From assembly GCA_964640635.1 (NCBI GenBank), contig CAZXFD010000001.1:96163-160162 (forward strand): a stretch of DNA of 64,000 bases, written 5' to 3'. Shown one piece after another: positions 57,448-64,000 of the stretch. Source of the stretch: an uncultured Gammaproteobacteria bacterium (lineage in GTDB: Bacteria; Patescibacteriota; Patescibacteriia; UBA1558; S5-K13). The position numbers and the translations under genes are program-made. How positions within the stretch are numbered: position 1 is the first letter of the stretch; the number at the start of each line of letters is the position of its first letter. The notes beneath the pieces are model-generated. The model did no database searches. It had not been told where the DNA came from and saw only the letters and a program-made list of their open reading frames with translations.

Positions 57448-58506
57448 ATGTTAAAGAACTTTTTTACAAAAATGTCAAAGGATATTGGCGTTGATCTGGG
57501 AACCTCAAACACCCTTTTTTATGTTAGTGGAAAAGGAATTATAGTGAACGAACCTTCTGTTGTGGCAATAAACACAAGAATAGATCAGATTTTATCAGTA
57601 GGTGATGATGCAAGAAGAATGTTGGGAAAAACACCTCCACATATTTTAGCCATCAAGCCACTCAGACATGGGGTTATATCAGACTTCGAGATAACAGAAA
57701 AAATGATGAAATATTTTATTGATAAGATTCATAAAGAATCTTTTTCTATGTTTTTTCGTCCTAGAATCATTATTGGTGTTCCACTGGATATTACAGAGGT
57801 AGAGAGAAAGGCAGTAGAGGATGTTGCTCTTTCAGCTGGCGCAAAAGAAGTTTATCTAATAGAACAGCCAATGGCTTCTGCAATAGGTGTAAGGCTGCCA
57901 ATACAAGAAGCCAATGGAAATATGATAGTAGAACTTGGTGGTGGAAAAACAGAAATAGCTGTTATTTCTCTTGGTGGTATTGTTGCATCCAAATCTCTCA
58001 AAATAGCAGGAGAAAAATTAGATAGTGATATTATTGATTATGTCAGAGAAAAATATAATATTTTTTTGGGAGAGAGAACGGCTGAAAATGTAAAAATAAA
58101 AATAGCTAATATATTACAAATTGAAAATAAAACACAGAAAATAAAAGTGAGGGGAAGAAATCTTTTGACAGGACTTCCAAAGGAAGTAGTTTTAAAAAGT
58201 GAAGAAGTTAGAGAAGCAATAAAAAAATCTACAGATTTAATTATCGGAGCTATAAGAGATGTTGTTGAAAATACACCACCCGAACTCGTTTCTGATTTAT
58301 ATCAAAGAGGCATGGTTCTCTCCGGTGGAGGAGCTAATATTTTAGGTTTAGATAAGATAATATATGAAACTACTCAAATTCCAGTTATAGTAGCTGACGA
58401 TTCTCTGACAACAGTTATAAGAGGAATAGGAATAGTCGTAGAAGATTTTGACAACCTTAAAGAAGTTTTGCTTCCTCCTACATTTGAAAATTCTTATAAA
58501 AAGTAA
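57448..58506 (+). CDS. mreB: Rod shape-determining protein MreB
   Basis: DLGTSNT, NEPSVVA, PL..GVISDF, TPPELVSD; first gene of mreBCD-mrdA. Confidence 0.95.
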   Translation: MLKNFFTKMSKDIGVDLGTSNTLFYVSGKGIIVNEPSVVAINTRIDQILSVGDDARRMLGKTPPHILAIKPLRHGVISDFEITEKMMKYFIDKIHKESFSMFFRPRIIIGVPLDITEVERKAVEDVALSAGAKEVYLIEQPMASAIGVRLPIQEANGNMIVELGGGKTEIAVISLGGIVASKSLKIAGEKLDSDIIDYVREKYNIFLGERTAENVKIKIANILQIENKTQKIKVRGRNLLTGLPKEVVLKSEEVREAIKKSTDLIIGAIRDVVENTPPELVSDLYQRGMVLSGGGANILGLDKIIYETTQIPVIVADDSLTTVIRGIGIVVEDFDNLKEVLLPPTFENSYKK

Positions 58507-58519
58507 TAGTTAATTTATT

Positions 58520-59317
58520 ATGCAATCTTCAAACAAAAAAAGAATTATTTGGTTTTTTATTGTAATGATTTTATTAACAATACTTCATTTTACAAAAATT
58601 ATTTCTCCGCTGGAGAATTTTATTGTAAATATAAGTAAACCAATAAGTGGCTTTATTTATAATACAAGTAGGAATATAGATGATTATTTTTATTCAGTAT
58701 TTCACTACAATGATATAAAATCAGAAAACCAATTTCTAAAAGATGAGATATCAAAGAATCTTATTAATCTATCTTATACAAAACAGCTAGAAGGAGAAAA
58801 TGCTAATTTGAAAGAGCAATTGAATTATAGGTCTGGAACTAAGGATGTTCTTGTCACTGCAAAAATCATATCAGGTTTTTATATGGGAAGTGATAGTGTC
58901 GTTAGGATAGATAAAGGATCTAATGATGGCATAGCACTAAAAATGCCCGTTATATATGGAAAGGGTATTATAGTTGGTGTTGTCGCAAAAGTTGAGAAAG
59001 ATTCTTCAGAAATTGTTTTGTTGTCAGATAAAAATAGTGCATTTACAGTTTTTATAGAGGGAGAAGAAAAAATAAGTGGAGTAGTAAGGGGGGATTTAGA
59101 TTATGGTTTACAAATGGACTATATTCCCATTGATTCAAGTGTGAAACAGGGAGATATTGTAGTTACAAGTGGATCTAATGATGGAATACCCATGGGCCTT
59201 GTTATCGGTCAAATTAAAGAATTGATATTTAAAGAAGGGGATTTTTTCAAAAGAGCTATAATTTATTCTCCAGTTGATTATTCGATGCTTGATTTTGTAA
59301 GTATAATTAAAAACTAA
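58520..59317 (+). CDS. mreC: Rod shape-determining protein MreC
   Basis: TM, coiled coil ending ENANLK, IDKGS.DG, GD.VVTSG. Confidence 0.92.
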   Translation: MQSSNKKRIIWFFIVMILLTILHFTKIISPLENFIVNISKPISGFIYNTSRNIDDYFYSVFHYNDIKSENQFLKDEISKNLINLSYTKQLEGENANLKEQLNYRSGTKDVLVTAKIISGFYMGSDSVVRIDKGSNDGIALKMPVIYGKGIIVGVVAKVEKDSSEIVLLSDKNSAFTVFIEGEEKISGVVRGDLDYGLQMDYIPIDSSVKQGDIVVTSGSNDGIPMGLVIGQIKELIFKEGDFFKRAIIYSPVDYSMLDFVSIIKN

Positions 59318-59318
59318 A

Positions 59319-59828
59319 ATGAAAAATATTTTTTTGATCATAATCCCAGCTATTTTTGTAGCATTTATTCAATCTAATTTAATACACGACATAAGAGTAA
59401 ACTTTATTTTTAGCATAGCTTTATTTATTATGTTTTTTATTGACTTCGACGAGTCAATTCTTTTTTTATTTGTATCTAGTTTGTTGATGGATATCTTCTC
59501 TCTTTATTTTGGTGCTTATTTTTTTGCATTTTTCACTTCTTTCTTAATTATGTATTATATATCTAAAAATCTTTTATCAAGTGATAGATCTTCGACATAT
59601 TTTATCTTAACTTGTATAGGGATCATTTTGTTTAATTTTATTTTTTATTTCTTAGTGTCTTTATTTGCTTCGGATTCTTCACTTTTTTATACACCCAAAA
59701 TGAACTTTATTTTGAATGATTTTTTTAGAGAATTTATTATGACATTTATATTTTCAGGATTATTGTATGTATTGGCAAATTTATTTTCCAAAAAGACAAG
59801 AAATAGATTTATAATAATAGGAAATTAA
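59319..59828 (+). CDS. mreD: Rod shape-determining protein MreD (putative)
   Basis: Very hydrophobic 169 aa between mreC and PBP2. Confidence 0.75.
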   Translation: MKNIFLIIIPAIFVAFIQSNLIHDIRVNFIFSIALFIMFFIDFDESILFLFVSSLLMDIFSLYFGAYFFAFFTSFLIMYYISKNLLSSDRSSTYFILTCIGIILFNFIFYFLVSLFASDSSLFYTPKMNFILNDFFREFIMTFIFSGLLYVLANLFSKKTRNRFIIIGN

Positions 59829-59829
59829 T

Positions 59830-61770
59830 ATGGATTTTTTTGAAGTAACAGATTTTATTCCACGACCAAGAGACGAAAGTGATTTAATGGTTAAGGATTA
59901 TAGTGCCCATAGAGAAGAGGGTAACTCTTTTAATGTGTTTGGAGATGGTAGAAATCTAGGCGTTATTATGAATAGAAAAAGATTTTTTGTTTTCATTACT
60001 GGCTTAATAATCTTGTGGGGATTGATTTTTGTTAGAGCTTTTTATTTGCAAATAATAAAAGGAGATTATTATAGGTCTCTTGCAGAAGGTAATAGAATTA
60101 GGGTAGAAAGAATAGATCCAAAAAGAGGAATGATATATGATGCCTTTATGAATCCACTTTTAAAAAATGTGGCCAATTTTTCACTTAGAATTATTCCAGC
60201 AGACCTTCCCAAAGATGCGCAAGAATTATTTGAAACCCAAGAGGCTGTAAATAGAGTTATCGTTGGTCAAAAGGTTAATCTATTGGATTATATTTCTAAA
60301 GATGCTTTAGAAAATTATCAGCCTAGAATAATTAAAGAGTCACTAGAGTATGAAGAGGCTATGAAATTTATAGCTCTATCAAAAGATCTCAAGGGTATAT
60401 CCGTTGTAACAGGAAGCAAGAGAGAATATAATTTAGTTGGTTATTTTTCTCATATGTTTGGGTATCTTGGTAAAATATCAGAAAAAGAATATAGCACACT
60501 ATCTAAAGAAGGGTATTATTTAGACGATAAGATAGGGAAAAGTGGTTTAGAATATGTTTATGAAAAAAATTTAAGAGGTCAATTTGGAAAATCTAAGATA
60601 GAAATTGATTCTCTTGGAAGAGAGAAAAAGATTTTGGCAGTAGAAAAACCAGTAGATGGAGAAAGTATAGTTTTGTCTGTAGATGGACCGCTACAATTGA
60701 AAATAACAGATCTTTTATTGAATGTTTTGAAAAAAAATAATTTGAATAAAGCTTCTATAATTGCAATTGATCCAAGAAATGGGGCTGTTTTAGCACTAGT
60801 TTCTATGCCGACATATGACAATAATATTTTCTCAGGAAATCTTAGTCAAGAACAATATTCTGCACTTGTAAATGACAAAGATCAACCTATGTTTTTTAGA
60901 GCAATATCTGGAGAATATCCACCAGGATCTACTTTTAAAATAATGATGGCAAGTGCAGGACTTGAATCAGGTATTGCAGACGAAAATACATCTTTTTTAA
61001 GCACTGGAGGAATAAATGTTGGGGCATGGTTTTTCCCAGACTGGAAATCTGGAGGTCATGGAATGACCAACGTGAAAAAGGCAATAGCAGAATCAGTTAA
61101 TACTTATTTTTATAATATAGGTGGTGGTTATAATGATTTCCATGGACTTGGTCTGGATAAAATAAATTTTTATGCAAAACAATTTGGATTTGCATCAAAA
61201 ACAAACATAGACTTACCAGGAGAGGCAGAGGGTTTTATGCCGACAGAAGAATGGAAAAAGCAACTAAATGGAGAGCCATGGTATATAGGAGATACATATC
61301 ATGTAAGTATTGGTCAGGGAGATGTTTTAGCTACTCCACTGCAGATAGCAATGATGACTTCTGTTATAGCAAATGGGGGTACTTTATATGAACCAAGAGT
61401 AGTTGATAAAACTGGAAATATAGATTCATTTATAAGAAGACCAGCGCTTATAAGAAATTCTAATTTTATTTCAGAAAAAAATATCAAATTAATTCAAGAG
61501 GGAATGAGAATGGCTGTAACAGATGGAAGTTGTCGTGGTTTATCTATGCTTCCTATTGAAGCTGCTGGTAAAACAGGCACAGCTCAATTTGCTAATAATA
61601 GTAAAACTCATGCATGGTTTACGGGATATGCCCCATATGGTGATCCGAGTATTGTTTTGACGGTTTTAATAGATGGAGGGGGCGAGGGAAGTTCTATCGC
61701 CGTGCCACTTGCCAGAGACATTCTATTATGGTATTTTAAAGATAGGTTTGGTGAACAAGTAGCTCAATAA
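59830..61770 (+). CDS. mrdA: Penicillin-binding protein 2
   Basis: RGMIYD, PPGSTFK (SxxK), SVN (SxN), KTGTAQ. Confidence 0.95.
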   Translation: MDFFEVTDFIPRPRDESDLMVKDYSAHREEGNSFNVFGDGRNLGVIMNRKRFFVFITGLIILWGLIFVRAFYLQIIKGDYYRSLAEGNRIRVERIDPKRGMIYDAFMNPLLKNVANFSLRIIPADLPKDAQELFETQEAVNRVIVGQKVNLLDYISKDALENYQPRIIKESLEYEEAMKFIALSKDLKGISVVTGSKREYNLVGYFSHMFGYLGKISEKEYSTLSKEGYYLDDKIGKSGLEYVYEKNLRGQFGKSKIEIDSLGREKKILAVEKPVDGESIVLSVDGPLQLKITDLLLNVLKKNNLNKASIIAIDPRNGAVLALVSMPTYDNNIFSGNLSQEQYSALVNDKDQPMFFRAISGEYPPGSTFKIMMASAGLESGIADENTSFLSTGGINVGAWFFPDWKSGGHGMTNVKKAIAESVNTYFYNIGGGYNDFHGLGLDKINFYAKQFGFASKTNIDLPGEAEGFMPTEEWKKQLNGEPWYIGDTYHVSIGQGDVLATPLQIAMMTSVIANGGTLYEPRVVDKTGNIDSFIRRPALIRNSNFISEKNIKLIQEGMRMAVTDGSCRGLSMLPIEAAGKTGTAQFANNSKTHAWFTGYAPYGDPSIVLTVLIDGGGEGSSIAVPLARDILLWYFKDRFGEQVAQ

Positions 61771-61860
61771 TGGCTTGTTTTAAACCAATATAACAATAAA
61801 AAAAGAGAGCCTTGTGCTATCTATTTTTTCATTTTAAGAACAAACAAACCAAATATAAAT

Positions 61861-62325
61861 ATGGAAAATCAAAATTATCTTACAGAAGATGGTCTTAACA
61901 AGTTGAAAGAAGAGCTTGATCTTTTGAAAAACACAAAAAGACCAGATGTAATTAAAAGAATAGAAATAGCAAGAGAATATGGAGATCTTTCTGAAAATGC
62001 TGCTTATCACGATGCTAGAGAAGAGCAAAGTTTTTTAGAGGGTAGAATTTTGGAACTAGAGGATATGATTAAAAAGGGTGTAGTCGTTGATACTGGAGAT
62101 TTCAAAAAAGATACAGTCAACATTGGTAAAAAAATAAAAATGTTGCTTGATAACAAGGAACAAGAAATTGAACTTGTAGGTGCAACTGAAAGTGATGCTT
62201 TAAACGGTTTGATTTCTTATATTTCTCCACTTGGAGAAGCTATTATGAACAAAAAAATTGGGGATGAATTCGAATTTAATACTCCAAGAGGGGCTGTAAA
62301 ATGTAAAATTTTAGAAATAAAATAA
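61861..62325 (+). CDS. greA: Transcription elongation factor GreA
   Basis: AREYGDLSENAAY, ISY.SPLG.A. Confidence 0.96.
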   Translation: MENQNYLTEDGLNKLKEELDLLKNTKRPDVIKRIEIAREYGDLSENAAYHDAREEQSFLEGRILELEDMIKKGVVVDTGDFKKDTVNIGKKIKMLLDNKEQEIELVGATESDALNGLISYISPLGEAIMNKKIGDEFEFNTPRGAVKCKILEIK

Positions 62326-63338
62326 TGTTTAGAAAAAAAATAGGAATAGACTTGGGTACAACAACAACTCTTGTTTATGTGCCAAAAAAAGGAATTATTA
62401 TAAATGAGCCTTCTGTTGTGGCTATTTCTTTGATTGATAAAAAAGTTTTAGCCGTTGGAAACGAAGCAAAAGAAATGATTGGCCGTACTCCGGACTCTAT
62501 AGTTGCGCATCGCCCCTTGAAAGATGGTGTTATAGCAGACTATAGAACAACAGAGAGCATGCTTAGATATTTTATAAACAAGGCTTTGTCTGGTGTGAAA
62601 TTGTTTAGACCAGAGGTAATGATCTCTGTTCCCGCAGGTATTACTTCTACAGAACGTCGTGCCGTAATTAGTGCTACACTTGCCTCAGGCGCAAAAGCTG
62701 CATATATAATCAAACAACCACTTGCAGCTGCTATTGGAGCTGAAATTCCCATAGGATCTGCCTCAGGACACATGATAGTAGAACTTGGTGGAGGAACAAC
62801 GGAAATAGCTGTTATTTCCCTTGGTGGTATTGTAACAAGTAATTCAGTGAGAATTGGCGGAACAAGATTTGATATGGCTATAATGGAGCATATAAAGAAA
62901 AAATATGGTCTTGCAATAGGTGAATCAAGTTCAGAAGCAATCAAAATAAAAATAGGCTCTGCACTTTTCTTAGATGAAAAAGATAAAATGAGCACAGAAA
63001 TTAAGGGTCGTGATATAGTATCTGGATTGCCAAGAATTTTGAGAATTACTTCTGACGATATTACAGAAGCTCTTCAGAATGAGTTGTATGGTATTATATC
63101 TGCCGTAAAGTCAGTTTTATATAATACACCCCCAGAATTATCAGCAGATGTAATGGAAAAGGGTATGATCTTATCTGGTGGAACTTCTCAGCTTAGAAAT
63201 TTAGATAAATTATTCACTCAGACAACTGGAGTTCCATGTTATGTTGCAGATAAACCATATTTATGTGTTGCAAAGGGCACTGGAGTTGCGCTTGAAAATT
63301 TAGATTCATATAAGAGAAGTATACTTTCAACAAGATAA
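62325..63338 (+). CDS. mreB: Second MreB/Mbl paralog
   Basis: DLGTTTT, NEPSVVA, PLKDGVIADY, TPPELSAD, CVAKGTG. Confidence 0.93.
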   Translation: MFRKKIGIDLGTTTTLVYVPKKGIIINEPSVVAISLIDKKVLAVGNEAKEMIGRTPDSIVAHRPLKDGVIADYRTTESMLRYFINKALSGVKLFRPEVMISVPAGITSTERRAVISATLASGAKAAYIIKQPLAAAIGAEIPIGSASGHMIVELGGGTTEIAVISLGGIVTSNSVRIGGTRFDMAIMEHIKKKYGLAIGESSSEAIKIKIGSALFLDEKDKMSTEIKGRDIVSGLPRILRITSDDITEALQNELYGIISAVKSVLYNTPPELSADVMEKGMILSGGTSQLRNLDKLFTQTTGVPCYVADKPYLCVAKGTGVALENLDSYKRSILSTR

Positions 63339-63342
63339 AAAT

Positions 63343-63410
63343 AGGATTTAGAATTTAGGATTTAGTCATTATGATTTAACTAAATACTAAATTCTAATAA
63401 CTAAAAGCTA
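63343..63410. repeat. Inverted 7-nt repeat tract (ATTTAGG / CTAAATA)
   Basis: AGGATTTAGAATTTAGGATTTAG ... CTAAATACTAAATTCTAATAACTAA. Confidence 0.6.
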
Positions 63411-63414
63411 GTCC

Positions 63415-64000
63415 ATGCGAATTGGAATTGATGCATCAAGATTAAACACACAAGAAAAAACAGGTACAGAGTGGTACTCATACTATTTAATTAAAAATAT
63501 TTTAGATATTGATAAACATAATCAATATTTTTTATTTTCCAAAGAAAAATTAGACGATGAATTTTTGAAACATGATAATGTAAAAAATATAGTTTTACCT
63601 TGGAAGTTGAAATATTTTTGGACAATTTTAAAACTCAGCTACTCCATGAGAAAATATGAGCTAGATATGTTTTTTGCTCCAGCACATTATGTGCCATTTT
63701 GCAGATGTAAAAAAATAGTGACATGGCATGATTTGGGATATGAATATTACAAGGAATATTATTCTAGAAAACAGCTTATTTCACTTCAATTTGGGGCAAA
63801 TGCTTTAAAAAAAGTAGATGCTATAATAACGCCGTCATTTTTTACAAAAAAAGATATAGTCAGTAAATATGATATAGATGATAAAAAAATATTTGTAACA
63901 CATTTAGGTATAGATTTTAATAAATATCAAAAAGAATATTTTGAAGAATTTTATAAGTTGATGTTAGAAAGGTATAGTTTAAATAATAATTATTTTTTAT
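63415..64000 (+). CDS. Glycosyltransferase family 4/1, truncated by the window edge
   Basis: MRIGIDASRLNTQEKTGTEWYSYYLI..., TWHDL, TPSFFTKKDI; not in the ORF track because it has no stop in the window. Confidence 0.85.
   Translation, partial: MRIGIDASRLNTQEKTGTEWYSYYLIKNILDIDKHNQYFLFSKEKLDDEFLKHDNVKNIVLPWKLKYFWTILKLSYSMRKYELDMFFAPAHYVPFCRCKKIVTWHDLGYEYYKEYYSRKQLISLQFGANALKKVDAIITPSFFTKKDIVSKYDIDDKKIFVTHLGIDFNKYQKEYFEEFYKLMLERYSLNNNYFL

Noticed and set aside
353-62995. Many 60-160 aa antisense or nested ORFs in the ORF track (e.g. 43958-44449, 36796-37209, 62540-62995, 53085-53366)
   Set aside because: They are shadows of well-supported genes on the opposite strand or frame
1-64000. Alternative genetic code (UGA=Gly, as in Gracilibacteria/Absconditabacteria)
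   Set aside because: Conserved genes are full length under the standard code, and TGA acts as a stop (ATGA overlap at 4578-4581)

Overview
This is an AT-rich (about 30% GC by eye) bacterial chromosome segment. Its gene content and style suggest Patescibacteria/CPR (Parcubacteria-like); that assignment is an inference. Nearly all real genes lie on the + strand, and the standard genetic code fits. Housekeeping genes include cysS, typA, a DEAD-box helicase, secE-nusG-rplK-(insert)-rplA, a dTTP-supply cluster (dCMP deaminase, two P-loop kinases, dut, thyX, tmk), rpmE-prfA-prmC, rpsB-tsf-pyrH, ricT, recJ, rnhA, holB, frr, rseP, mreBCD-mrdA, greA and a second mreB. Accessory content includes a YcaO/E1-like/C39-peptidase RiPP-type locus at the left edge, membrane and surface proteins, and a frameshifted REP-associated tyrosine transposase. 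The standout is a roughly 1.5 kb GC-elevated region with no credible long ORF (about 51540-53052, between rnhA and holB). It is a chain of about 18 hairpin domains. On the minus strand it is bracketed by a near-consensus sigma70 promoter with a DnaA box and a boxA-like element at one end and an intrinsic terminator at the other. It carries a strand-asymmetric repeated CCCG motif and two related micro-ORFs with perfect Shine-Dalgarno sites. It is a candidate undescribed giant structured ncRNA or ncRNA array. Other notable points are a mini-island flanked by a duplicated rplA 3' end, a leader-peptide attenuator, and two MreB paralogs sharing non-canonical active-site residues. No tRNA, rRNA or CRISPR array was recognised. 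All calls are by eye and no database searches were run.
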